This document shows positions 25,380 through 35,164 of a DNA stretch of 64,000 nt, one piece after another. The first letter of the stretch is position 1; each line of letters starts with the position of its first letter. The notes beneath the pieces are model-generated. The model searched no databases, had not been told where the DNA came from, and saw nothing but the letters and a program-made list of their open reading frames with translations. The position numbers and the translations under genes are program-made. The DNA comes from Candidatus Bathyarchaeota archaeon. GTDB lineage: Archaea; Thermoproteota; Bathyarchaeia; TCS64. Where the stretch lies: positions 701 to 64,700 of the forward strand of contig JABIBQ010000066.1 of NCBI GenBank assembly GCA_018652685.1, given 5' to 3'.

Positions 25380-25589
25380 CTATACCAGCTCGATACGGCG
25401 CTTTCCCTTTGGCAGCCTGTAGACCCTGACGACACCCCGTATCTCAAGTCTCATGAGAAGGGTGTTCAAGTGCTCCTCGCTGAAGCCGCTGTGCTGCTTC
25501 TTTGTTCTCTTGAAGAGGTCAGAAAATTTTAGGGGACCTGTACGCTTCAGGGTGTCAACGATGCTCGCCGGTATCAGTTTTGTGTCCAT
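25380..25589 (-). CDS. Small winged-helix-like protein of unknown function
   Basis: 69 aa, basic. LMRLEIRGVVRVYRLPKGKRRIELV looks like a wHTH wing. Sits 9 nt from both cdc48 and fen1. Confidence 0.5.
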   Translation of the reverse strand: MDTKLIPASIVDTLKRTGPLKFSDLFKRTKKQHSGFSEEHLNTLLMRLEIRGVVRVYRLPKGKRRIELV

Positions 25590-25598
25590 TCATTTCAC

Positions 25599-27770
25599 CT
25601 ACGCTATGTCAATCGGGGGCTTGCTCTGCTCCCTGAACCTCTGCTTGCTGTTCTCATACCAGTTCACCATCTCGGGCGTGATGCTTGGCGCGATCTCGGC
25701 CATTGCCGCTTCAAAATCCTGCGTTATTACGCTATCCGCCTCGGAGTCCCTGCGAAGCGCGTTAAGACCCGCCTCACGTACTAGGCTGTCGATATCGGCG
25801 CCGCTGTACCCATCCATACTCCTGGATATTGAATCCAAATCCACAGAATCGTCCAGGGGCATCTCCTCGGATTTGATACCAAGGATCTTGCGCCTTGCGT
25901 CAAAGTCCGGTGGTGGAACGTAAACGCGCCTATCAAACCTTCCCGGCCTGAGCACTGCAGGATCGATGATATCCGGCCTGTTGGTCGCAGCTATCACCAC
26001 GACGTTTTCAAGGCTCACTAGCCCGTCAATCTCGGTGAGAAGCTGGCTGATGACTCTCTCTGTGACTCTGCTATCTGCCGCTGAGCCCCTTGATGGGACC
26101 AAGGCATCGAACTCGTCAAAGAAGATGATACTGGGCGCAGCCATCCTGGCCTTCCTGAATATCTCACGGATGGCCTTTTCTGACTCGCCGACCCACTTGC
26201 TGAATATCTCTGGGCCCCTGACGCTGATGAAGTTTGCCTCGGACTCCGTAGCGACTACCCTCGCTAACAGGGTCTTGCCACATCCCGGTGGTCCGTGTAG
26301 AAGTATCCCCTTTGGAGGGGTGATCCCTACACGGGTGAACCGCTCCGGTGTCTTGAGCGGCCACTCAACCGCCTCCTTGAGGCTCTCCTTGACAGCCTCC
26401 AGTCCACCCACGGCGTCCCAGTGGATGTTGGGTGACTCGATATAAACTTCCCTCATAGCGGTCGGTGTGATCTCCCTGAACGCGTCCCTTATGTCCTGCT
26501 GGTTGACCTCCATGTTTTCAAGGACCTCGTGGGGAATCCTCTTCTCCTCCAGGTCGATCCGTGGCAGGTAACGCCTCAGCGCCTTCATTGCGGACTCCCT
26601 GCTCAACGCCTCAAGGTCGGCTCCAGTGTAGCCGTGTGTTATGGCTGCTACCTTATCTAGCTCAAAGTCCTCCGCAAGGGGCATACCGCGTGTGTGGATC
26701 TGCAATATCTGGCTCCGTCCCTCTCGTCCTGGGATGCCGATCTCGACCTCCCTGTCGAACCTGCCCGGGCGTCTCAGTGCCTCGTCAATCGCGTCAGGCC
26801 TGTTCGTGGCTCCTATAACTATGATGTGTCCTCTTCCCTTCAGGCCGTCCATGCTGGCAAGGAGCTGGGCGACAACCCTCCGCTCAACCTCTCCGGTAAC
26901 CTCGCTCCTCTTGGGCGCGATAGCGTCGATTTCGTCTATGAACAGGATGCTTGGCGCGTTCTTCTCGGCGTCCTCAAACATCTTCCTCATACGGGCCTCT
27001 GACTCACCGTAGAACTTGCTCATGATCTCGGGGCCATTGATTGCGTAAAAGTTGGCCTCTGACTCGTTGGCAACCGCCCTTGCAAGCAGTGTCTTACCGC
27101 ATCCCGGTGGACCGTGGAGCAATACTCCCTTTGGCGGGTCGATTCCAAGCCTCTGGAATATCTCGGGGTGGCGGAGCGGCAACTCAACCATCTCCCTGAT
27201 ACGCCTGATCTCTTCCTCAAGGCCACCTATATCCTCATAAGTGGTCCTGCTAGGCATCTCCAGCTCGGGAACTGGCTCGCTCATTATCACGATCTCGGTA
27301 GTGGGTGCTATCTTCACGATGCCTCCTGGCCTCGTGTTCACCACCATGAAAGGCACACTGTGCCCAAGCATCATGATTAGCAACGTGTCGCCTCTTGTGG
27401 CTGGTCTATCGACTAGGCGGTCCTTGACGAACCTGATAAAATCGTTGTCCACGCTGATCCTGATATCGACCGGAGCAAGCTTAACCTGTGTGGCATACTC
27501 GGCTTCGGCCTTTGTGACTGTGACGTACTCGTTGATGCTGGCACTGCAGTTTTTCCTGATAAACCCGTCGATCCGGATAAGCCCAAGCCCCTGATCCTCG
27601 GGGTATGCAGGCCACGCCTTGGCCGCCGTAGGCTTTTTTCCTTCAATCTGGACCACGTCCCCGACGGTTACGCCCAGGGTCTTCATGGTCTCGGAGTCCA
27701 TCCTGGCTATGCTTCTTCCGACATCACGCTGCTGTTTTGCTTCTGATACTTTTAACTGGACGCTGCTCAA
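25599..27770 (-). CDS. cdc48: Cdc48/VCP-type AAA+ ATPase (two AAA domains plus N-domain)
   Basis: 723 aa, TTG start with AGGTG SD. Two Walker A sites [11 protein letters not shown], two Walker B sites ([16 protein letters not shown]), and a double-psi N-domain. Confidence 0.95.
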   Translation of the reverse strand: MSSVQLKVSEAKQQRDVGRSIARMDSETMKTLGVTVGDVVQIEGKKPTAAKAWPAYPEDQGLGLIRIDGFIRKNCSASINEYVTVTKAEAEYATQVKLAPVDIRISVDNDFIRFVKDRLVDRPATRGDTLLIMMLGHSVPFMVVNTRPGGIVKIAPTTEIVIMSEPVPELEMPSRTTYEDIGGLEEEIRRIREMVELPLRHPEIFQRLGIDPPKGVLLHGPPGCGKTLLARAVANESEANFYAINGPEIMSKFYGESEARMRKMFEDAEKNAPSILFIDEIDAIAPKRSEVTGEVERRVVAQLLASMDGLKGRGHIIVIGATNRPDAIDEALRRPGRFDREVEIGIPGREGRSQILQIHTRGMPLAEDFELDKVAAITHGYTGADLEALSRESAMKALRRYLPRIDLEEKRIPHEVLENMEVNQQDIRDAFREITPTAMREVYIESPNIHWDAVGGLEAVKESLKEAVEWPLKTPERFTRVGITPPKGILLHGPPGCGKTLLARVVATESEANFISVRGPEIFSKWVGESEKAIREIFRKARMAAPSIIFFDEFDALVPSRGSAADSRVTERVISQLLTEIDGLVSLENVVVIAATNRPDIIDPAVLRPGRFDRRVYVPPPDFDARRKILGIKSEEMPLDDSVDLDSISRSMDGYSGADIDSLVREAGLNALRRDSEADSVITQDFEAAMAEIAPSITPEMVNWYENSKQRFREQSKPPIDIA

Positions 27771-27807
27771 AATATGGCACCTAAATGGATATTACTTTCA
27801 TGGACAC

Positions 27808-27840
27808 GGAGGGTAATAAAAAGATTATTTGTTACCCTCC
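27808..27840 (-). promoter_or_regulatory. cdc48 promoter: perfect 9-bp inverted repeat GGAGGGTAA...TTACCCTCC bracketing the TATA box
   Basis: Minus strand GGAGGGTAA-CAAATAATCTTTTTA-TTACCCTCC. The TATA (TCTTTTTATTA) lies inside the 15-nt spacer, about 49 nt upstream of the TTG start. It also sits 21 nt after the egsA stop. Confidence 0.45.
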
Positions 27841-27860
27841 GAGATGCCTGGTACTTGTAT

Positions 27861-28937
27861 CTAAATAACCCCAGTGACCTCGGCAAGCTCCTCTGCCTTT
27901 TTCTCGTCAAGCTTATGCTTGTTGAGGATCGTGTAACGGTTTGGACGCAACGACTGGGCCATGGTTAGAGCCTTCACAATAACATCTTTACCCACCCCAA
28001 GTTCATCAGCTGTTATCGGAGCACCAATTGTTTGCAGGCTGTCACGCAATGCCTCCCAGTTCAATCCATGCAACTTGGCCATCATGATACTGCCTACCCC
28101 ACACTGTTCACCATGAAGGGCTGGTTTCTCGGCTATCAGGTCCAATGAATGACTGAAAAGATGACTTGAACCGCTGGTAGGCTTGCTGCTACCGGCGATA
28201 CTCATGGACACTCCACAGCTTACTAGTGCCTCAAGTAGGGTCCTTATCCCTTCCTGGACTCTTGCCTTGATGAGGTTAGCGCGCTCCATGATATGCTGGC
28301 TGCTCATGAGGCTCAGGCTCGCGGCGTAGCCACCGTAGTACTCATTATTCTCCCTGTGGGCGAGCCTCCAGTCACGTACCTCAACAGCCTTACAGATCAT
28401 GTCCCCACAGCCCGACGCGGTAAATCGGTACGGGCTCTTAGCGATGATGGAGCTGTCCATCACAACAGCGAGGGGCGAGGTCGCCTTGACAGAGTATGGT
28501 CTATCAGACCCCTTGATGGAGGCCAGATTGCTGGCGATACCATCGTGTGAGGCAACGGTGGGAACGCTGATGAAGAAACGCCCTGATTCATGTGCGGCTA
28601 ACTTTGCCACGTCAATGTTCCTCCCGCCACCGATACCGAGTACCACATCGGATGAGAACGCCTTGACACTGGAAATTACGTTATCAACGGTTGACCTCTT
28701 GGCATCGCCAACTAACATACATTCTGTATGTATCCCGCCTTTGGTGAGATAATCGATAGTCTTCTGACCAGCTATCTTGATTGTCCTCTCACCTGTGACT
28801 ATCAGTGCCTTCCCGAAGTTCTGCTCAACACAGATATCACTGATCTGGCCTAGTAGGTTCTCTCCAACGAGGACTATCCGTGGGAGAGTTATTCTATGAA
28901 CTTGACTATAATCGGGATCGGACAAATCTGTTGACAT
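27861..28937 (-). CDS. egsA: sn-Glycerol-1-phosphate dehydrogenase
   Basis: 358 aa. Iron-ADH/DHQS-like fold with GIGGGRNIDVAK and SHDGIAS blocks typical of archaeal G1PDH. Confidence 0.85.
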   Translation of the reverse strand: MSTDLSDPDYSQVHRITLPRIVLVGENLLGQISDICVEQNFGKALIVTGERTIKIAGQKTIDYLTKGGIHTECMLVGDAKRSTVDNVISSVKAFSSDVVLGIGGGRNIDVAKLAAHESGRFFISVPTVASHDGIASNLASIKGSDRPYSVKATSPLAVVMDSSIIAKSPYRFTASGCGDMICKAVEVRDWRLAHRENNEYYGGYAASLSLMSSQHIMERANLIKARVQEGIRTLLEALVSCGVSMSIAGSSKPTSGSSHLFSHSLDLIAEKPALHGEQCGVGSIMMAKLHGLNWEALRDSLQTIGAPITADELGVGKDVIVKALTMAQSLRPNRYTILNKHKLDEKKAEELAEVTGVI

Positions 28938-29080
28938 ACCTGTTGTTGATACCGAGTATTCACTTTACGAAATACAAATATGTTTTCCCGTTTTAGCAAC
29001 GTTTTTAATAAAGTGAACTTTTTTATGGTACTAGCTGTCCTGTAAAGGATACCCTTCTAATTGTTTTAGGAGATTATTAA

Positions 29081-29713
29081 ATGTCAAAGGAAGATGGAAT
29101 CCTTAAAGGCACCACAACTGTCGGTGTCGTCTGCAAAGATGGAGTAATACTAGGCACAGACACACGTGCCACTATGGGCAACTTTGTTGCCAGCAAACAC
29201 GCCAAGAAGGTGTACCAGATAACCGACAACCTCGCCATGACGATCGCAGGCGGAGTTGCCGTCGCCCAGAGGATAGTTGAGATACTGAAGGTCAATGCAA
29301 GTCTCTACGATCTGGAGAAAAATAGGCGAATGCCCGTTTCAAGCGCGGCCAGGCTCGTGCAGAGTATCCTGTTTAGCAACAGGTCAGCTGGAGCACCTCT
29401 CCCACTCCAGGCAATCATCGGAGGGTACGATGAGACAGGACCACACGTGTACAACATGGACCCCTATGGGAGTCTAATGGAGGAAGTAATGGTGTCCACC
29501 GGCTCGGGTTCACCCTACGCCTACGGAGTGCTTGAGGCACAGTTCAAAGAGAATAGCACCGTTGACGAGATGTTATCAGTAGTTGTCAGGGCAGTAGACT
29601 CAGCCATGAAGAGGGATGTCGCCAGCGGAGACAGCTTCGACGTGGCTATTATAAACGACGCGGGTTTCAGAGAACTCTCACCGGAAGAGAAGAAATCTAT
29701 TTTGAATAGATGA
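29081..29713 (+). CDS. psmB: Proteasome subunit beta (propeptide plus Thr1 active site)
   Basis: 210 aa. ILKGTTTVGVVCKDGVILGTDTRAT. Confidence 0.95.
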   Translation: MSKEDGILKGTTTVGVVCKDGVILGTDTRATMGNFVASKHAKKVYQITDNLAMTIAGGVAVAQRIVEILKVNASLYDLEKNRRMPVSSAARLVQSILFSNRSAGAPLPLQAIIGGYDETGPHVYNMDPYGSLMEEVMVSTGSGSPYAYGVLEAQFKENSTVDEMLSVVVRAVDSAMKRDVASGDSFDVAIINDAGFRELSPEEKKSILNR

Positions 29714-31638
29714 GTTTGGGTAGAATGGATAACAAGCAGGGTCTATCATACAGCGAGATAAGACAGGCAATACTGGACAAAATCCCCGCACAAGTGGGAA
29801 TCACAAGAATCGAGTTTGAGGGGCCAAGACTCGCTATTTACTGTCAAAAACCAGAGTTCTTGCAGGAGAACAGCCACATCGTCGGCGAGATAGCAGGCAT
29901 CATCAAGAAGCGCATCGTAATCCGAAGCGACCCATCAGTTAGGATTGGAGAAATCCAGGCCGAGGACATCATCAAGGAAATCATCTCCGAAGCCGGACTC
30001 GTCCAGGCATACTTCGACCCCGCGCTGGGGGAGGTAGTCCTTGAGGTCGAGAAACCGGGAGTCGCCATAGGTAAAGGTGGATCAAACGTCGTCGAGATAG
30101 TAAAAAAGACCCACTGGAGCCCAAACTTCAAACGCAGCCCACCAATCCCCAGCATGACCATCAGACAGATCAGGGGATTCCTGTACAGCAAGAGCAAAGA
30201 CAGGGAAAAGGTGCTAAGGGATACAGGGGAATCCATATTCAGGCCAATTTACCAGCAATCAAGCGACGTAAGGATCACATTCCTGGGAAGCGCCAGACAG
30301 GTAGGAAGATCCGCCATCCTAGTAAAGACCCGTGAAAGCGAGATACTCATGGACTGTGGTATCAATCCCGGTAGCAGGAATGCCGTTGGGTCTTTCCCAA
30401 GGCTGGACGTCGAGGAGTTCGACCTCAGCAGGCTGGACGCGGTTATCATAAGCCACGCTCATCTTGACCACTGCGGATTCCTACCGTACCTGTACAAGTA
30501 TGGCTACAACGGACCAATCTACTGCAGTGAGCCAACATCAAGCGTCATGACCCTACTACAGAGCGATTATATCGACGTGACCAGGAAGGAGGGAAAGGCA
30601 CCACCTTACAGCGCTGAGGACATCTCTGAGGCGATACTTCACACCATCCCACTCGGATACGGGGAGGTCACTGACATATCACCTGACATCAGGTTGACCC
30701 TTCACAACGCGGGGCATATCCTGGGGTCATCCATATCTCACTTGCACATCGGCAAGGGACTACACAACATCGTCTACACAGGAGACTTCAAGTACGGACC
30801 AACCGCACTTCTCCAGCCAGCAAGCAGCTATTTCCCAAGGGTTGAGACGCTCATCATGGAGTCCACCTATGGAGGAGCCGATAACTTCACCCCCAGCAGG
30901 GAGGAGACGGAGTCAAGGTTCGTGGACATATGCAACAACATCCTCAAGGGAGGCAAGGTACTGATACCTGTACCAGCCGTTGGCAGGGCACAGGAGATCC
31001 TCATGGTCATCAACAAGCACATGAACGAGGGAAACCTGCTACAGGTCCCGGTTTATATCGAGGGCATGATCAGTGAGGCCACGGGTATCCACACAGCGTA
31101 CCCCGACTACCTGAGTCACGAGGTTAGAGACCAGATACTCAAGGAAGGAGTCAACCCATTCGAGTCAGATTACTTCACCGTCGTCAAACAGCACGACATG
31201 AGAGACGAGATCGTGGAGGGAGGGCCTTGCATTGTTATGGCTACCGCGGGAATGATGGAGGGAGGACCTGTTCTAGAGTACTTTAAACGACTCGCACCGG
31301 ACGAAAACAACGGGATAGTGTTCGTATCGTACCAGGTAGCTGGTACCATGGGACGCAGGGTCCAGTCCGGAATGGGTTCAGCGCAGATGTACAGCAACGA
31401 CGGTAAGATGGAGATCATTAACATCGCCCTCAGCACACACATAGTACAGGGGTTCAGCGGTCACAGCGACAGGAGACAACTCATGAACTATGTCAGGAGG
31501 CTCAAGCCTTCACCTAGAAGGGTCTACGTGGTACACGGAGAGGAGTCCAAGACTGACAATCTGGCGCGAAGCATAAGCAAGCTCCGCGGCGTGAGAGGTT
31601 ATTCGCCAAGGCTACTGGATACAGTACGCCTAGCCTAG
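29710..31638 (+). CDS. fttA: aCPSF1/FttA beta-CASP ribonuclease (2 KH domains, metallo-beta-lactamase, beta-CASP)
   Basis: 642 aa. KH GKGGSNV, MBL motif ISHAHLDHCG, beta-CASP region, and C-terminal FSGHSD. ATGA overlap with psmB. Confidence 0.95.
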   Translation: MSLGRMDNKQGLSYSEIRQAILDKIPAQVGITRIEFEGPRLAIYCQKPEFLQENSHIVGEIAGIIKKRIVIRSDPSVRIGEIQAEDIIKEIISEAGLVQAYFDPALGEVVLEVEKPGVAIGKGGSNVVEIVKKTHWSPNFKRSPPIPSMTIRQIRGFLYSKSKDREKVLRDTGESIFRPIYQQSSDVRITFLGSARQVGRSAILVKTRESEILMDCGINPGSRNAVGSFPRLDVEEFDLSRLDAVIISHAHLDHCGFLPYLYKYGYNGPIYCSEPTSSVMTLLQSDYIDVTRKEGKAPPYSAEDISEAILHTIPLGYGEVTDISPDIRLTLHNAGHILGSSISHLHIGKGLHNIVYTGDFKYGPTALLQPASSYFPRVETLIMESTYGGADNFTPSREETESRFVDICNNILKGGKVLIPVPAVGRAQEILMVINKHMNEGNLLQVPVYIEGMISEATGIHTAYPDYLSHEVRDQILKEGVNPFESDYFTVVKQHDMRDEIVEGGPCIVMATAGMMEGGPVLEYFKRLAPDENNGIVFVSYQVAGTMGRRVQSGMGSAQMYSNDGKMEIINIALSTHIVQGFSGHSDRRQLMNYVRRLKPSPRRVYVVHGEESKTDNLARSISKLRGVRGYSPRLLDTVRLA

Positions 31639-31946
31639 TCCTTGTTTCTATAAATCTGAACGTTTTTCGGGGTTATAATGACCCTTTCCTCACCGAGCCT
31701 GGCGATATCCCCCTCAGTGAGGCGGGCGTACTCGTTGAGCTCATTGATCCCCCTCTTGACATCCTCGATGTTTGTCTTTGCAAGGGGTGCCACGTTACAT
31801 ATGACAATATTACCCGCCCGGACCTCAGCCTTTATGATATCGATATCCTCGTACGCCCTGAGCGGTATGGCCTTGATGTACTGTATCTGTGTGGCACCGT
31901 TTTCTTCCCCGTTTTTTCCTACAAGTCTATCTAGCAGTCCGCTCAA
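31635..31946 (-). CDS. sepF: Cell division protein SepF (DUF552)
   Basis: 103 aa. IKAIPLRAYEDIDIIKAEVRAGNIVICNV...IARLGEERVIITP. Confidence 0.8.
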   Translation of the reverse strand: MSGLLDRLVGKNGEENGATQIQYIKAIPLRAYEDIDIIKAEVRAGNIVICNVAPLAKTNIEDVKRGINELNEYARLTEGDIARLGEERVIITPKNVQIYRNKD

Positions 31947-32089
31947 ATTGTGTTCCTCAGGGCTTCCTTTGATATATTATATGGGAGGCGTATAGATATT
32001 TTTCTTTCGTTGGCTATAATACTATCTAATTATTCGGTATTAATAGGCAGATTTCAGCGGATTTTTTAAGCGAAAGAAGCATTGAAGGG

Positions 32090-33049
32090 ATGAAAACCAT
32101 GCTGTTCCTATCAGATAGAGACATCGAGAACAACCTGACCATGAAGGAGACCATCGAGACAGTCGAGATGGCTTTCAAGGAATATGCCAAAAGAAACGTC
32201 GTGATGCCCCCGCGTAGCACCATAATGGTCGAGAAACACAATGGCAGCATCAGCTTCATGCCAAGCTACCTTACGGACCTCGAAGCCCAAGCCACGAAGA
32301 TCATCAGCATCTATCCCGGAAACAGGGAGAAAGGGCTTCCCACAACTGTCGCATGGATCATAGTCAACGATCCCGAGACTGGAATGGTAAAAGCGTTCAT
32401 GGACGCGACATACCTGACCGCAATGAGGACAGGCGCAATCACAGGGGTAGCCGCGAAATACCTCGCACCCAAGGACGCAAAGGTCGTCGCCATCTTCGGA
32501 GCGGGCATACAGGGAAGGACACAGGTAATGGCGGCCTGCGCGGTAAGGGACATAGAGAAAGTATTCGTCTACGACCTTTACCCCGAGGCACGAAAAAAGT
32601 TCGCAGAAGAGATGTCAGCAAAACTGGGAATACAAGTCATCGCGGCTGAGTCAGGAGAGGAGGCGTGTAGGGATGCTGACATAGTCCTCACCGCCACAAC
32701 TAGCCCAAAGCCTGTGTTAAAGCGCGATTGGCTCAAGGAGAGGGTACATGTCAGTGCCATCGGAGCGTTCTACCCCGACTGGAGGGAGCTAGACACAGCG
32801 ACAGTAGCCGAGTCCAAGCTAGTCATCGATGACATGGAGGGAATCGAGCTGGAGGCCGGAGACATACTGATACCCATCGAGGAGGGCGCTATCACATGGG
32901 ACCACGTCCACGCCGAGCTTAAGGAACTGGTGACAAGACAAAAGGAGGGTAGGACTAAGGAGGACACCATAACTGTGTTCAAGTCAGTGGGCATAGCCAT
33001 CCAGGACAGCAGCGTAGCCAACCTGGTGCTTAAAAAACTGGGAATATAA
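32090..33049 (+). CDS. Ornithine cyclodeaminase/mu-crystallin family protein (archaeal alanine dehydrogenase-like)
   Basis: 319 aa. LTAMRTGAITGVAAKYLA and the Rossmann motif VAIFGAGIQG. Confidence 0.85.
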   Translation: MKTMLFLSDRDIENNLTMKETIETVEMAFKEYAKRNVVMPPRSTIMVEKHNGSISFMPSYLTDLEAQATKIISIYPGNREKGLPTTVAWIIVNDPETGMVKAFMDATYLTAMRTGAITGVAAKYLAPKDAKVVAIFGAGIQGRTQVMAACAVRDIEKVFVYDLYPEARKKFAEEMSAKLGIQVIAAESGEEACRDADIVLTATTSPKPVLKRDWLKERVHVSAIGAFYPDWRELDTATVAESKLVIDDMEGIELEAGDILIPIEEGAITWDHVHAELKELVTRQKEGRTKEDTITVFKSVGIAIQDSSVANLVLKKLGI

Positions 33050-33083
33050 AACTCACACACCTACTCGCCCAAACCCGGGGAAA

Positions 33084-33674
33084 TTATTCTTCATCTTCCA
33101 ACCTAAGAAGCAGGTCAATCCAGTCCTGCCTCAGAAGGTATGCACCAATTAAAACCACTGGAATGCTGAAGAGCATCAACTGAAATGGGGACAAGGAAAC
33201 AATATTGCCCCAGATGAACTCAAAGCTGTACCTCCCAGCATACGCCACAATGGCGTTCATGAGAATCTTTCCAAGAAGCATCGCTGAGAACGCCTTCCGA
33301 AGGTCATAATTGATCACTCCATAAGTCACAAGCAGAAGATCATCGGGCAACGGGGTCAACGCGAACAAGAAAATCAGAAAAGCCCCATGGCGCTCAAGAA
33401 GCCTCCTCGTCAGATCCAACTGCTTACCATATCGATTCATAATTATCTTGCTCCCTCCCATACCGATGAAATAACTGCTGAACTCACCGATGGCACTGCC
33501 CACCCCGCTACTCAACCCCAGAAGTAGGGGGCTATGAGTTACACCCATGGCGTAGACGGGCACAACCAGAGGAGCCGGCAAGAAGAACGTGAGGTTACAC
33601 ACAAGGGCAAGGAGGAAAACACCGGAATAACCATAAGAATAAGCCAGTCCCTCAAGCCAGACCCAGATGCCCAT
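33084..33674 (-). CDS. DedA/VTT (SNARE-associated) family membrane protein
   Basis: 196 aa polytopic protein. FALTPLPDDLLLVTYGV re-entrant motif. Confidence 0.75.
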   Translation of the reverse strand: MGIWVWLEGLAYSYGYSGVFLLALVCNLTFFLPAPLVVPVYAMGVTHSPLLLGLSSGVGSAIGEFSSYFIGMGGSKIIMNRYGKQLDLTRRLLERHGAFLIFLFALTPLPDDLLLVTYGVINYDLRKAFSAMLLGKILMNAIVAYAGRYSFEFIWGNIVSLSPFQLMLFSIPVVLIGAYLLRQDWIDLLLRLEDEE

Positions 33675-33807
33675 TAAAACACCCCGCTCTACAGAAATGA
33701 GAAAGGGATATTAAAAATATTTTGAAGAGCATGCGCGTCGTCTGAATTTGACCCGCATTGTTTTAACTGTGGCTGGTTTATGTTCACGAGTTAGCGTTTC
33801 GAGGTGT

Positions 33808-34041
33808 ATGGAAACGGCAAAAAAATTCAGTGTGACCATTGATGAGGACCAGTGCAAGGGCTGCCTCATCTGTGTACACGTATGTGAGTCCCGCGGTGGG
33901 AAGATTTTGAAGGAATCAGACAAGAAGACGGCCCTAGGCGGTACCCTGCCCGTGGTGGACGGTGTATGCATCGGGTGTAGGTGGTGCGAAAGGTACTGCC
34001 CAGATTTTGCTTTGAACGTGGAGGAGATACAGGATGCTTGA
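33808..34041 (+). CDS. korD: 2-oxoacid:ferredoxin oxidoreductase delta subunit (2x[4Fe-4S])
   Basis: METAKKFSVTIDEDQCKGCLICVHVCE...CIGCRWCERYCPD. I prefer ATG 33808 over the longer track ORF (33748). Confidence 0.8.
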   Translation: METAKKFSVTIDEDQCKGCLICVHVCESRGGKILKESDKKTALGGTLPVVDGVCIGCRWCERYCPDFALNVEEIQDA

Positions 34042-35164
34042 GCCGGGTAAACATTTGGTTCTTGGTAACGTGGCGTGTGCCGAGGGGGCTATCAGGGCCG
34101 GCCTGGGTTTTTTCGCTGGTTACCCCATTACCCCTGCCAGTGAGATCAGCCACCATATCGCGTTGGAGCTGCCCAAAGAGGGCGGTATCTTCATGCAGAT
34201 GGAGGACGAGATCGCCAGTATCGCCAGCATAATTGGGGCGAGCTGGGCGGGTGCGAAATCAATGACAGCCACTAGTGGGCCTGGGTACGACTTGATGCAG
34301 GAGAACATCGGTTATGCCCATATGACGGAGACGCCTCTTGTGCTGGTTAATGTTCAGAGAAGTGGACCCAGCACAGGCCAGTCCACTGACCCGAGCCAGC
34401 AGGACATCTATGCCGCTAAATATGGGGCTCACGGGGACTATGAGGTTATAGCCATCAGCCCGTGGAGCGTCCAGGAGATGTTTGACCTGACGGTGAGGGC
34501 GTTCAATTTGGCCGAGACGTACAGGACCCCTGTCATGCTCATGAGTGATGGGCTTATTGGGCACATCGAGGAGAAGTTGGTTATTCCGGAGGAGGTTGAG
34601 ATAGTCAACAGGAAGAAGCCGACGAGTTTGGAATCTACTCCTTGGGGTACGGATAAACCCAGTGGAGTCCCCGAGATGCCTGCATTTGGCGAGGGCCACA
34701 GGTTGCTAGTTACGGGTTCGACTCATCAGCCGAACGGTGTCCGTAACTTTTCGCCGGAGTACCACCAAAGGATCGTGTACAGGATTAGAGACAAGATTCT
34801 CAACGCGGAGCCCGTGATAAGGGACATTCACAAGGTTGAGATGGATGACGCCAAGGTCGCGATCCTGAGTTTCGGTGCTTCTGCACGTCCCAGCGTGGAG
34901 GCGGTGGAGGAAGCGCGAAAAGAGGGCATCAAGGCAGGTCTTTTCAGGCTCAAGACCATATGGCCGTTCCCAGAGGAGCCGGTCAGGGAGCTAGCTGAGC
35001 AGGTTGACGCTATTATCGTGGTTGAGATGAACACGGGTAAACTGGTGAAGGAGGTCCAGCGTGTCGTTGAGGGTGAGACCAAGGTGGTTTCCCTCGCAAA
35101 GGTGGGTGGAGTCCTGCCGTTCTCACGTGAAGTGCTTGAGGTAATCAGGAGGGAACTCCAATGA
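34034..35164 (+). CDS. korA: 2-oxoacid:ferredoxin oxidoreductase alpha subunit (2-oxoglutarate type suggested by D-A-B-G gene order)
   Basis: 376 aa. GNVACAEGAIRAGLGFFAGYPITPASEI...TATSGPGYDLM...VNVQRSGPSTGQ. Confidence 0.9.
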   Translation: MLEPGKHLVLGNVACAEGAIRAGLGFFAGYPITPASEISHHIALELPKEGGIFMQMEDEIASIASIIGASWAGAKSMTATSGPGYDLMQENIGYAHMTETPLVLVNVQRSGPSTGQSTDPSQQDIYAAKYGAHGDYEVIAISPWSVQEMFDLTVRAFNLAETYRTPVMLMSDGLIGHIEEKLVIPEEVEIVNRKKPTSLESTPWGTDKPSGVPEMPAFGEGHRLLVTGSTHQPNGVRNFSPEYHQRIVYRIRDKILNAEPVIRDIHKVEMDDAKVAILSFGASARPSVEAVEEARKEGIKAGLFRLKTIWPFPEEPVRELAEQVDAIIVVEMNTGKLVKEVQRVVEGETKVVSLAKVGGVLPFSREVLEVIRRELQ

